In this document: piece after piece, positions 47,292 to 55,830 of the stretch
Position numbering within the stretch: position 1 is the stretch's first letter
How the letters are laid out: each line of letters starts with the position of its first letter
From: a virus
Taxonomy: Duplodnaviria > Caudoviricetes
Length of the DNA stretch: 64,000 bases
IMG/VR virus record: IMGVR_UViG_3300020190_000004
Reading direction: 5' to 3' (one strand)
Made by a program: the position numbers and the translations under genes
The notes under the pieces: model-generated
Databases searched by the model: none
Seen by the model: the letters and a program-made list of their open reading frames with translations, nothing else
Told to the model about the DNA's origin: nothing

Positions 47292-49574
47292 TTATTTTGA
47301 CATCCATTTTACACCAGCTGCGACAGTTGCGTTATATGTATTTTTTAACCTTGGTATTACTGATTGCTTATAGTATCCTATAATGTTGTCAATTTCGCGT
47401 GGATCTCCAAGGAGTGGGTTTTTTCCTGAATACCCGCTTCTTCCACCATTATAGTATCCTTTAGCTCCACCCCTGCCTTTCCCGTTACTGTTTTTCTTAA
47501 TTCCACTGCTTTCTCCCCAAGGGTTAGGACCAGTTGTTGAACCGCCTGTAGAAGAATCAACAGCACTCTGATTAAATGATGAAAAACTATTTTCATATCC
47601 TTTAGGAACTGAATAAATTCTACCCGATCCTTTGTTAAACATAGATTCTATACCAGCTCTATCTCTGGGCATTCCGTGTTCAAGTGAAATTGTTGCTTTT
47701 AACTCAGTAGGAAAATCATCTGGGCCAAGCTCTTCGTTAAAACTGATTTCTATACCCGTACAGATAAGATTACCAACCATCATCATCGGGTTAAGAGGAT
47801 TACCTACAGTTAAGTGCCATTCTCCAACAGGATTACCCGTTAAGAGGGAGTGCATTCCCTGCATGAATCCTGATCCCGAAGTAGTATTCATTAACATGTG
47901 TCCACTCAGCGCTCCTGCTGCGATTGATTTTAGTCCACCAATAGGATCATCAAAGAATTTTTGAAACATTTCACCCACATTTTCTATCGCTTTAGCAAAT
48001 TGTTTACCAAGCGCATTAAAGAATCCGTCAACGTCACCTCTCATCCAGGCATCTCTACCTTCGCTTCCTCCTAAAAAAGGAGGAATACCACCTTGAGCAG
48101 CCGCTGGCATATAGCGGTTCATACCACCCCAGAAAGTTGCTTCATTATATGTAAGTAACATTAAATTTCCAAGTATGTCAAGTATAGCTGCTTTGGAGTT
48201 TATACCTCCAATACTTCTTGCGACATACTCAAACTGTAACTTAATCTCGTGTTTGAATGTAATACCTCGCTCACGAGCCTTTGTGCTATCAATCACGGTA
48301 ACAGGACCAAGTATTTTGTTAGCATAAGGGCCGTTGTTGTACGGATCAGGCGGTGGCCCACCACCTACAGAAGGTTTGGCTGCATTGGCACCACCCGCTA
48401 AGTAACCAAGAACGGTAGCTAAACCCGGAGCGGGACCATTTGCTGTTCCTGGGGACCCGCTAAAGCTAACTTCCCAAACATCTGCTTTAACTTCTTTCCA
48501 TTTAAGACCAGCGCTGATAGGCCCAAGTATAGTTGATATTTTATTTCCAGGGTCCTCGCCTAAAAAAGTTATAGCTGTAGCAGCTGGCGTTATTTTGTCC
48601 TTTGGTATCTCTCCTTTTGCTTCAGATACCGATGAAACGTTGTCAATACAAGGAAATGTATAACGACGCAAAGTAATCATATAGTTAAGAGGGATCTTTT
48701 TCCAATACTTTAAGAAAACAAAGTCTTGGTATCGGTATGGAAATTTTGTATTACCTGGTCTTTCACACCATTCAACAAGTTGTGAAACTGTTAGGTCAGT
48801 TGTTAATCCTGAAACAGCACCACTACCTGTAGATCCTGAATTAGGATTTTGCACATTTGCTGTTACGTCATAAAAACGCGGCTGATTTTCACGATCTATC
48901 AAATACTTATTTCCTAATTTACCAGCAGCAGCCTGCAAATTAATGTAAGCATTGTAGTTCATTAATGAAGGTACACCCCAATGTTCAGGTGCCAGATCTT
49001 TCATTTGCTTTGGAGTCACCTCAGGATTTGATGCACTAACAGGTCCGGTGTTTCCGGCCGTTGCACTTGGCACAGATACTACGAAACCTTCGGTTAAAGT
49101 CGATTGAATATCTTCGGATGTGCAAAAGCTGTAAACAACAGAACCGTCATCAGCTACATTAAAAATTAAGCGAGGGTCAAAAGGTAAAGTAGTATTTGGG
49201 CCTCCTGTTAAACCTGGAGCACTTCCGTCGTTTGTACTGGGTTCTGTGCCCTCTTCACCCGCCGCAGGCTGTGGCGGATAAACTGTTCCTGTCCCATATA
49301 CAGCTTCAAGTTTGCTATAAGCGTCATCAAAAGTAAGTCCATAATTCAAAACCCACCCTGCTTGCCCGGTTGCTCCATTTGGCTGGGTTTCAACCAGTGG
49401 ACCGTCTGGACCCAACTTCATAGTGTATACGTCGGGACCGACAGACTTAACAGCAACTTTATACGGTGGGTCTTTTGGCCCGCTATACGGTGGTGAGCCT
49501 CCGGAAAGTCCAGAGTCTCTCTGAGTCCCATTTGCTTTCCCCGTAGGCCCTTTCGATTTTTTTCCGTTACCCAT
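47292..49574 (-). CDS. Baseplate tail-tube junction protein, gp48/gp54-like, with Gly/Pro-rich extensions, 760 aa
   Basis: IKLQFEY and EWHLTVGNPLNPMMMVGNLICTGIEISF..GPDDFPTELKATISLEHGMPRD. First gene of the baseplate operon. Confidence 0.55.
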   Translation of the reverse strand: MGNGKKSKGPTGKANGTQRDSGLSGGSPPYSGPKDPPYKVAVKSVGPDVYTMKLGPDGPLVETQPNGATGQAGWVLNYGLTFDDAYSKLEAVYGTGTVYPPQPAAGEEGTEPSTNDGSAPGLTGGPNTTLPFDPRLIFNVADDGSVVYSFCTSEDIQSTLTEGFVVSVPSATAGNTGPVSASNPEVTPKQMKDLAPEHWGVPSLMNYNAYINLQAAAGKLGNKYLIDRENQPRFYDVTANVQNPNSGSTGSGAVSGLTTDLTVSQLVEWCERPGNTKFPYRYQDFVFLKYWKKIPLNYMITLRRYTFPCIDNVSSVSEAKGEIPKDKITPAATAITFLGEDPGNKISTILGPISAGLKWKEVKADVWEVSFSGSPGTANGPAPGLATVLGYLAGGANAAKPSVGGGPPPDPYNNGPYANKILGPVTVIDSTKARERGITFKHEIKLQFEYVARSIGGINSKAAILDILGNLMLLTYNEATFWGGMNRYMPAAAQGGIPPFLGGSEGRDAWMRGDVDGFFNALGKQFAKAIENVGEMFQKFFDDPIGGLKSIAAGALSGHMLMNTTSGSGFMQGMHSLLTGNPVGEWHLTVGNPLNPMMMVGNLICTGIEISFNEELGPDDFPTELKATISLEHGMPRDRAGIESMFNKGSGRIYSVPKGYENSFSSFNQSAVDSSTGGSTTGPNPWGESSGIKKNSNGKGRGGAKGYYNGGRSGYSGKNPLLGDPREIDNIIGYYKQSVIPRLKNTYNATVAAGVKWMSK

Positions 49575-49592
49575 TTATTACACTTATTTTAG

Positions 49593-49601
49593 GTATATAT
49601 C
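49593..49601 (-). promoter_or_regulatory. Putative late promoter GATATATAC
   Basis: Divergent intergenic region at the head of the baseplate operon. Confidence 0.6.
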
Positions 49602-49627
49602 ACCTTCATATACAATTCTTAACCATG

Positions 49628-49636
49628 AATATATAG
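49628..49636 (+). promoter_or_regulatory. Putative late promoter AATATATAG
   Basis: Opposite-orientation copy upstream of the plus-strand cluster of tagged genes. Confidence 0.5.
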
Positions 49637-49655
49637 TCTAAAATACAGACAAACT

Positions 49656-49877
49656 ATGAATAGAAGAGTATTAAATTTTTCCGACTTTTTGGTAGAAGCT
49701 GATGAATTGGAAAAAGATCTTGTTAAGAAGAATCTTCGTGCTGAAGCTGGCGGTGAACAAGAAGAAGAAAAAGAAGAAGAAATCGACGCAGCAGAAGTTA
49801 GCGATGACGACGATGACGACGATGACGACGTCGCATCCGATGATTCCGTTGCTTCAGACGGTGGAGCAGATATCTAA
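49656..49877 (+). CDS. Highly acidic small protein with CTS-like leader (gp67-like core protein or DNA mimic)
   Basis: MNRRVLNFSDFLVE leader. 29 of 73 residues are D or E. Confidence 0.65.
   Translation: MNRRVLNFSDFLVEADELEKDLVKKNLRAEAGGEQEEEKEEEIDAAEVSDDDDDDDDDVASDDSVASDGGADI
49803..49829. repeat. 9-bp tandem repeat x3 (GATGACGAC) encoding Asp9
   Basis: Read directly from the sequence. Confidence 0.9.
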
Positions 49878-49892
49878 AAAAATTCTAACATA

Positions 49893-50234
49893 ATGAAGCA
49901 CATACACACATTTGAAAACTTCTTAAATGAAGCCCTGGCTTTTGATACATCTAAACTAAAGAATATCAACTTTATCCTTCCTCCTTTTGATAAGCCGTAC
50001 CAAGATGAATTCCAGATCTCCTTTGATAAAGGTGTAGATAAAGATGCAATTGAAAAAGCAATTAAAAGTGAAAAGGGCGCAGCCCGTGTAAAGTACGAGT
50101 GGACTACAGACCCGCACGGCTCGGAAGTTCTACTGCTTAAACCTGGAAAAGATAACTCAGGTCTAACTTTCGTTTTCAGCGCAGTCGATGATTTCTATGG
50201 TTCACACGGTGCAAGCATGGGATGGGCACTATAA
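49893..50234 (+). CDS. Hypothetical protein with CTS-like leader (MKHIHTFENFLNE)
   Basis: Shared leader motif. Confidence 0.7.
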   Translation: MKHIHTFENFLNEALAFDTSKLKNINFILPPFDKPYQDEFQISFDKGVDKDAIEKAIKSEKGAARVKYEWTTDPHGSEVLLLKPGKDNSGLTFVFSAVDDFYGSHGASMGWAL

Positions 50235-50248
50235 AAAAACATAATAAG

Positions 50249-50560
50249 ATGAAACACCTAAAAACCTTTGAAAACTTCCTCAATGAGGCAAACGGCCTTG
50301 CATACTGGTCTGACTACGCGGAAGACACTTCTGGACAAGCAGAAGCCTGGATGAGCGAGCCTTGCACAGATATGTCACACGTTATTAAGTGTGTTGACGA
50401 TTCTATTGCTGCATGGAACAAAGCAGCAGAAGCAGACGGCGGGGACCGTGTGTCTAAACCATCAGAAAAACATATCGGTGATTTGGCAATCCGTTATTGG
50501 AAACAGTTTAAGACTATTAACGGAAACATCATCACTGCAATGATTGCGCAAGAGTCTTGA
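50249..50560 (+). CDS. Hypothetical protein with CTS-like leader (MKHLKTFENFLNE)
   Basis: Start moved to 50249 to match the leader. Confidence 0.7.
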   Translation: MKHLKTFENFLNEANGLAYWSDYAEDTSGQAEAWMSEPCTDMSHVIKCVDDSIAAWNKAAEADGGDRVSKPSEKHIGDLAIRYWKQFKTINGNIITAMIAQES

Positions 50561-50585
50561 AGTAGGTACTAAAAAAAGAATTAAT

Positions 50586-50885
50586 ATGAAAAACATTAAA
50601 ACGTTTGAAGACTTTCTTGGTGATTCTACCAAAACCAATGAAGAAGCAGAAGGCAAAATGTATAAAGTATCTCTTGATACAATCATAAAGAGCGCTGAAG
50701 AAATCAAATCCCTTGTTACCGACGACCAAGATCTTGAGGCCTGGGTGCAAGACAAGATAACTATCGCTGAACACAACATGGAAGCTATTCTTGGTTATAT
50801 GAAAGGCGAAGGCGGCAAGAAGAAAATTGAAGTACCAGTTCAAGGAGATATGAAAACTGGCGGAATGTTAAAGGACGAAAACTAA
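50586..50885 (+). CDS. Helical phage protein with CTS-like leader (MKNIKTFEDF)
   Basis: Start moved to 50586. The DLEAWVQDKITIAEH helix motif is one I recall from large-phage hypothetical proteins. Confidence 0.7.
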   Translation: MKNIKTFEDFLGDSTKTNEEAEGKMYKVSLDTIIKSAEEIKSLVTDDQDLEAWVQDKITIAEHNMEAILGYMKGEGGKKKIEVPVQGDMKTGGMLKDEN

Positions 50886-51949
50886 TGCACGTTTTACCGT
50901 TCGATAAGTTCAGCAAAGAAAAAGGCGTCTTTAAGATAGCTTTTCTTGGAGACATAATGTGTGAAGACTCCGCACTTATGTCAGTTGTCAATGATGAACC
51001 ATTCCAATTCATAAAGCCGTTTCTGTATTCCACTGATTATGTTGTAGGAAATCTTGAAACAACTTTTAGTGGAGAAACGAGCAGTTATCCTAAATTTTCA
51101 ACGAATGATCTGTTAGCGGATGACCTAAGTAGTTTTGTGAATCTTGTGTTTACTGCGAACAACCACTGCTATGATTTTGGAACAAAAGGAGTTGAAAGGA
51201 CTATTGAAATACTGGATGAATTTGGTATAAATTACGTAGGAACTAATCCTTTACCAAAAATTCGCAGAACATTCGATGCTGACTTAAAAGGTCATAAATT
51301 ATCTTTTCTAAACTATACACAATTTATTAATGAAACGAAGAAAGACCCAATTTACAAAGGAATTAATACCCCAGAAACACCAACAAACCTCATCAATTTT
51401 TACTCTAAAACCCAAGCTCAGGAAACGATTAATCTGGCGAAGGAGAGATCTGAACTTGTCTTTGTTGGAGTCCATCAATCATCTAGAAAAAGTAATGCAA
51501 GAGAACTCGAACGAACAAGCACCAGCGAGCAACGAGAGTTCTTGGCTTCCGTAAGTAATTTTGGCGCTGACGTAGTTATTGGTGGACATCCGCATTACTT
51601 TCAAGGTGCAGAAATTCTTGAAGAGGGAAAGATCATTGTCTATTCACTTGGAAATTTCTTTTCTACCATGTGGAACCCTCCTCATTATACTACTAACTGC
51701 GGGTGCATTATGATAATGTCTTGTGATGGGTTTTCAAATATAAGATATACCTTCTTACCGATAGCAACCGTTAAGAACGAAAGTAATAACCACTACTATG
51801 TTATTCCTATCGCTACGCTTGAAGGTGGTAACTATGATTGGGTTTCTGTTAAACAGCGAGATGAACTTCTTGAAGAACTGGAAAGAATTCGTAAAACTTT
51901 AAGAGATTGTTCTCTTATCGAGGAAGAGCTTCCGATCCACTTTTTCTAA
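50885..51949 (+). CDS. capA: CapA/PgsA-family (poly-gamma-glutamate capsule) metallophosphoesterase-fold protein
   Basis: GDIM, GNLET, ANNHCYDFG, GVH, GGHPHYFQG and YSLGNF motifs. No signal peptide or TM helix; has an MHVLPFDKFSKE leader. Confidence 0.9.
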   Translation: MHVLPFDKFSKEKGVFKIAFLGDIMCEDSALMSVVNDEPFQFIKPFLYSTDYVVGNLETTFSGETSSYPKFSTNDLLADDLSSFVNLVFTANNHCYDFGTKGVERTIEILDEFGINYVGTNPLPKIRRTFDADLKGHKLSFLNYTQFINETKKDPIYKGINTPETPTNLINFYSKTQAQETINLAKERSELVFVGVHQSSRKSNARELERTSTSEQREFLASVSNFGADVVIGGHPHYFQGAEILEEGKIIVYSLGNFFSTMWNPPHYTTNCGCIMIMSCDGFSNIRYTFLPIATVKNESNNHYYVIPIATLEGGNYDWVSVKQRDELLEELERIRKTLRDCSLIEEELPIHFF

Positions 51950-52372
51950 AGAATCCAACCAAACTACTGGCACAGGTTCGCAATTAATCATGTGAACCTT
52001 TTTTATTGTCGGGTAAAACAAAACTTCTTCGAAGAGTTCATAGTACTCTTCTTTTAACCACTTATCGGTTAAAAATATAATACTTTCTATTCCACGAATG
52101 TCTTGGGAAAAATGTATTACCTCCCGTATGATTTCATCATTAAACTCGGGATTGCTGTAGACAACGCCCAATAACTTTTTACTGTTGGCACCTTCTACAA
52201 TCATTTTGCGAATCTCTTCATTAACTATGAATCCTGAACATACATCTAAAGATTCTTTATCAAATCCCATCTGTTCTATTACCTCATCACTGTTAACTAT
52301 AAGATACTTTCTAAGATTTAAGAAACACTTCTTAATCTTGTTTCTATCATCAAAGGTAAGATACAAATTCAC
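51899..52372 (-). CDS. Hypothetical protein, 157 aa
   Basis: Last gene of a tightly packed minus-strand run, with protein-like composition. Confidence 0.6.
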   Translation of the reverse strand: MNLYLTFDDRNKIKKCFLNLRKYLIVNSDEVIEQMGFDKESLDVCSGFIVNEEIRKMIVEGANSKKLLGVVYSNPEFNDEIIREVIHFSQDIRGIESIIFLTDKWLKEEYYELFEEVLFYPTIKKVHMINCEPVPVVWLDSLEKVDRKLFLDKRTIS

Positions 52373-52374
52373 TT

Positions 52375-52722
52375 CTATTGTGTGTTATTTTTAAGGCGTG
52401 ATCTTTCTTCTTGCCTTAGTCTTCTTTCAGCAAGCTTAAGAGCGCGTTTTTCAGCAAATTCACGGTTTTTCTTGACATGCAATTCAGCTTCTTCAAAAGA
52501 TTTACCCTCTTTCATTAAACGCTGTATGATCTCTGCATCACGATCAGCTTCTGCTTGGATTCTAGAATTTTCAACTTCTTGAAGATTTCTTAAGTGAATC
52601 TGGTTTCCGGCTTCACGCTTCTTTTTGCGAATCTCAGATTTTTCAGCTTCACTTTTGCTCTGATATTCTTTAAGGAGACCTAAGTTTTTCTCCATTTCAC
52701 GACGTTGTTTATGATTATACAT
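52375..52722 (-). CDS. Charged coiled-coil hypothetical protein, 115 aa
   Basis: Lys/Glu/Arg-rich helix, packed between neighbours. Confidence 0.6.
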   Translation of the reverse strand: MYNHKQRREMEKNLGLLKEYQSKSEAEKSEIRKKKREAGNQIHLRNLQEVENSRIQAEADRDAEIIQRLMKEGKSFEEAELHVKKNREFAEKRALKLAERRLRQEERSRLKNNTQ

Positions 52723-53254
52723 AATTCATTGATTTTGCGTACATATAATTGAACAATCTCAAGAATGCACTAAGGACCAATCCTTCATCTGAGATTAAGC
52801 CGTCACCGACTCTAACAAGATTAAATTCTGACAATCTCTCCTTTTTTGATCCGTCTTTCTGTGGTTTATTAATGTCTTTACCAGACACATCTACTGCAAA
52901 GATTGGTATTACCTTATCGCTATCTTTAGATGGGTAGATTGTGCCTAAAAAGATCCATTTTTCCGCATCATCAATCATATCAATACCGCTTTCTTCTAGG
53001 AGTTCTCTCTTGGCGGTAAATAGCAAACTATCATCTTCGTACTCAACGGTGCCTGTAATAAGCGTATCACAATGATTCCCTTCACGAAATTGATTATACT
53101 CATGAAGCAAACCAATGTTTTCTATCATGCCGTTTGCTTCTACGGTAAAAGGTAAAACTGCGACTGACATATGTTTAGATCTTATACCAACATGCCCGTC
53201 AATGTCTACTACGTCGAACCACTTGTCTTCGTGTAATACTTTAGGTTGTTTCAT
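52715..53254 (-). CDS. Nudix hydrolase (ADP-ribose pyrophosphatase-like)
   Basis: Nudix box TGTVEYEDDSLLFTAKRELLEESG. Start moved to MKQPK. Confidence 0.85.
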   Translation of the reverse strand: MKQPKVLHEDKWFDVVDIDGHVGIRSKHMSVAVLPFTVEANGMIENIGLLHEYNQFREGNHCDTLITGTVEYEDDSLLFTAKRELLEESGIDMIDDAEKWIFLGTIYPSKDSDKVIPIFAVDVSGKDINKPQKDGSKKERLSEFNLVRVGDGLISDEGLVLSAFLRLFNYMYAKSMNYV

Positions 53255-53798
53255 TTTTATTAGATTTTTGTTTCTTTTTAATATCTGACCAAATTTGTTT
53301 TGCTGCTTCCATGCGCATAACACTTATAGTACTTGCTAAGAACTCTAATACATGTTCTTCACCTTCTTCGTAAGAATCTGCTAAAACTTTCATCAACTCA
53401 CTTGACGGAATGTCAAGTTCAAGATCTAGTTTAATTTTGGTATTAACTTTTTTGCTGTCCAGCAAAAGACGTGATATTGGGTTTTCTGGCGCGCGATTAT
53501 TTGGTTCAAAAGGTTTATCTGCTGAGGCGTTAACCCTTTGCAATGGCGGATTATGTTGCTGAGGTAAAGGTTGAAAAGTAGGCTGTGGTTTCATCATTTC
53601 AATGTCTACAAAACCGTCATGTTCACCCGCTACTTCAATAAAGTAATCACCTAGTAGCTCTTCATTAGCACGAGATCCGTCTTCAAAGATTAAAAAGTTT
53701 AGGTATCCGTCGTTATGGATTTCTCCATTCCATCTAACGAATTCTCCGGCTTTTTCTCCTTTAAGCCATTGAAATGTTTTTTGTGTAGTCTCTGTCAT
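53241..53798 (-). CDS. Hypothetical protein, 185 aa
   Basis: Start moved to MTETT, directly downstream of an AATATATAC motif. This avoids overlap with 53827..54156. Confidence 0.6.
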   Translation of the reverse strand: MTETTQKTFQWLKGEKAGEFVRWNGEIHNDGYLNFLIFEDGSRANEELLGDYFIEVAGEHDGFVDIEMMKPQPTFQPLPQQHNPPLQRVNASADKPFEPNNRAPENPISRLLLDSKKVNTKIKLDLELDIPSSELMKVLADSYEEGEEHVLEFLASTISVMRMEAAKQIWSDIKKKQKSNKNETT

Positions 53799-53811
53799 TT
53801 TATTTGTTTTA

Positions 53812-53820
53812 GTATATATT
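53812..53820 (-). promoter_or_regulatory. Putative late promoter AATATATAC
   Basis: Intergenic, upstream of the ATG at 53798. Confidence 0.5.
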
Positions 53821-53826
53821 TCATCA

Positions 53827-54156
53827 CTAAAATTCGATGAAATGTTTGTATTCTTCATGGTATTCTTGCATCCAGAGCTCTGGAAGTCCTTGGTGGATCC
53901 ATCCGATATATTCATTCCTAAAGCCTTGAAGAAATTTTTGAATATGCCCTTCATAATCATTGTCCGCTAAGTGAAGTATGTCTATTGTTGATATCTTAAA
54001 TGTATGATAAGTTCCTTGCACTCGCCAGTACATGTAAAGTATACGGTTTATGTGTTCATACCCATACTCTATGACAAGCGGTGATGTCCATTTAGGAACT
54101 TCAATGTCAAAAGTCCCTGTACCAGCTAATGTACTGAAATCTTTATGAAACGGCAT
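53827..54156 (-). CDS. Hypothetical protein, 109 aa
   Basis: Aromatic-rich ORF packed 1 nt after the upstream stop. Confidence 0.6.
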   Translation of the reverse strand: MPFHKDFSTLAGTGTFDIEVPKWTSPLVIEYGYEHINRILYMYWRVQGTYHTFKISTIDILHLADNDYEGHIQKFLQGFRNEYIGWIHQGLPELWMQEYHEEYKHFIEF

Positions 54157-54157
54157 G

Positions 54158-54424
54158 TTAGTTGCTTCCTTCCTTGTTAGCGATTTCTGTTTCCATTGCA
54201 GCTACAAGCAATTCAAAAATATCTGCTCGTGATTGATTATGCAAGTTGCCGATTGCTTCAAGATCTTGACGCATCATACGAGTATTAAGAACAGCTTTGT
54301 CACCGTCCATTAATTGTATAATGATGTTATCCCAATCTTCATACTTGATATTTTTTTGTGCTTCAAGCATAAGTTTAAGATTTTCCTTTGCTTGTTCTAA
54401 TTCTTTTTCGTTGTTTTGTTCCAT
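54158..54424 (-). CDS. Hypothetical protein, 88 aa
   Basis: Start moved to MEQNN, downstream of a class-2 promoter-like motif. Confidence 0.55.
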   Translation of the reverse strand: MEQNNEKELEQAKENLKLMLEAQKNIKYEDWDNIIIQLMDGDKAVLNTRMMRQDLEAIGNLHNQSRADIFELLVAAMETEIANKEGSN

Positions 54425-54442
54425 TGTGATATCCTTTGATAT

Positions 54443-54473
54443 ATTTATATTCACATGTTTGTAAAGAGTTTTC
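54443..54473 (-). promoter_or_regulatory. Putative class-2 promoter GAAAAC-N15-GAATATAAAT
   Basis: Immediately follows the 54479-54514 terminator. Confidence 0.4.
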
Positions 54474-54478
54474 TGCAT

Positions 54479-54514
54479 AAAGAAACCCGGACGATAGCGA
54501 AATCTCCGGGTCTC
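54479..54514 (-). terminator. Rho-independent terminator
   Basis: Minus-strand RNA GAGACCCGGA...UCCGGGUUUC forms a 10-bp stem with one G-U pair, followed by UUUA. Lies downstream of 54545..54874. Confidence 0.7.
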
Positions 54515-54544
54515 AAGTTTGTCGTAACAAACTCCGGTCCTACT

Positions 54545-54874
54545 TTATATACTAGATTCAAAAACGATAGAATGTTGATAACTAGGTTTATCTGATGCTA
54601 CATTGATTGTAACATTCCCTTTATGTTTAAGGATTATTTTAAGATAATCTACGACTTGCTTAGGTTTTCTAGGAAATCCATTGGCTCCTCTTAATCCAGC
54701 ACCATACAACCAACTTGGAAGATTGTCTGCCGATATGTTAGGATCCTTAATGAATTCTTGAATATCTTTATCGGTGTATGTATGTTGTTTATTACCGTAA
54801 GTGATAACGGTAATTTTCTTTCCTTCATTTAAATTCTCATTTAAGAATTCTTCGAAAAGTTTAATGTATGCCAT
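54545..54874 (-). CDS. Hypothetical protein with CTS-like leader (MAYIKLFEEFLNENLNE)
   Basis: Shared leader, with its own promoter motif and terminator. Confidence 0.7.
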   Translation of the reverse strand: MAYIKLFEEFLNENLNEGKKITVITYGNKQHTYTDKDIQEFIKDPNISADNLPSWLYGAGLRGANGFPRKPKQVVDYLKIILKHKGNVTINVASDKPSYQHSIVFESSI

Positions 54875-54893
54875 CTTTAAAGAGTTATTTTGA

Positions 54894-54902
54894 CTATATA
54901 TC
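54894..54902 (-). promoter_or_regulatory. Putative late promoter GATATATAG
   Basis: Intergenic, upstream of the ATG at 54874. Confidence 0.55.
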
Positions 54903-55522
54903 TTATTTGAACTTGTGTATCAATCCCATTGTTCCCGAAATATAAGCAGCCGTGTCTAAGATCAACTCTTGTTGATCTTTTGTAAAAACTCTTGCTTCTT
55001 TTACAAATTCGACGCCCAGCGAGCCGTGAAGTTTGCCGCTAGGAGTTTTGAGAGATGCTATGAATACGGATCTACATCCTGTGCCTTCTGCCGTGTCTCT
55101 TAACCCAAATGTTGGGCGTATTTCGTCTGCCATGTTGTCAATGCAAAGATAATCATTATCGTGAATCTCTTTGAGACTTCTGCTAAAGAAGCTTGTCGGT
55201 ATGTTTTGAAACTTTTCCCTAATGGTAGAAACTCCTATTGATACGGTTTCATAAAATATGCTAAACTTTTTGATAGAAACCCCAGAAGTGTAATAGTGTC
55301 CCCCGTTATGAAATTGCGCGATCCACACTCTATCACAATCAATCTCTTTGATAAGATATTCTAACTGTTCGTTTATCAGTATGTCAATTCCATCTCACGA
55401 TACATAGTATCTTCATTTTCGCTACGGCCTTTCATCTTTGCCTTAATATACTCAACCAATGCTGGACCTACGATCGCGGTTATCACAGCCACGATTATAG
55501 TAACTATCAATGTAATTTCCAT
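54903..55522 (-). pseudogene. TM plus GAF-like protein (T4 holin T-like architecture) split by a 1-nt frameshift near 55390
   Basis: ORF1 reads MEITLIVTIIVAVITAIVGPALVEY..REME. The alternate frame continues IDILINEQLEYLIKEIDCDRVWIAQFHNGG into the 54903..55328 ORF. One extra A in GGAATTG would join them. Could be an assembly error. Confidence 0.6.
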
Positions 55523-55620
55523 ATCTTTTTTACCGGCCTTGGCCTTTGTACTTTTTAACGTAATTCTTCGAATTCTTGTTGTTTGTAGTCTTTGACTTAG
55601 CGTGTCTTCCACAAAGTTTT

Positions 55621-55815
55621 TTAGTCTTCTAATTTAGCGAGTCCTTTTTCTACCGCCAATTCAGCATTAGCTTTTGAAAGAATAAGCGCCATCTTGTGAC
55701 CGTCCTTAGTTACACCTTTTGCGATATAACCGCCTTTAGAAGTTCGAGAAATTACAGCTTCGTGCATTTCTTCCTTTTGTTTTGTCTTTAGACAATACGC
55801 GATGATTTGATCCAT
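55621..55815 (-). CDS. Small hypothetical protein (degenerate zinc-ribbon / DUF5679-like)
   Basis: AYCLKTKQKEEM..AVIS.T..GGYIAKG....G.KMALIL pattern. Confidence 0.55.
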   Translation of the reverse strand: MDQIIAYCLKTKQKEEMHEAVISRTSKGGYIAKGVTKDGHKMALILSKANAELAVEKGLAKLED

Positions 55816-55830
55816 GTTATTGGTTTTTTG

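Noticed and set aside
21456-55612. Longest-ORF starts given by the track (21456, 36376, 50222, 50544, 53323, 53960, 54478, 55612)
   Set aside because: They cause long overlaps or precede the conserved leader or promoter motif, so downstream ATGs were chosen.
55530-55619. Start-less basic frame KTKKLCGRHAKSKTTNNKNSKNYVKKYKGQGR, reminiscent of small basic phage peptides
   Set aside because: An in-frame TAG lies immediately upstream and there is no start codon. At best it is a remnant.
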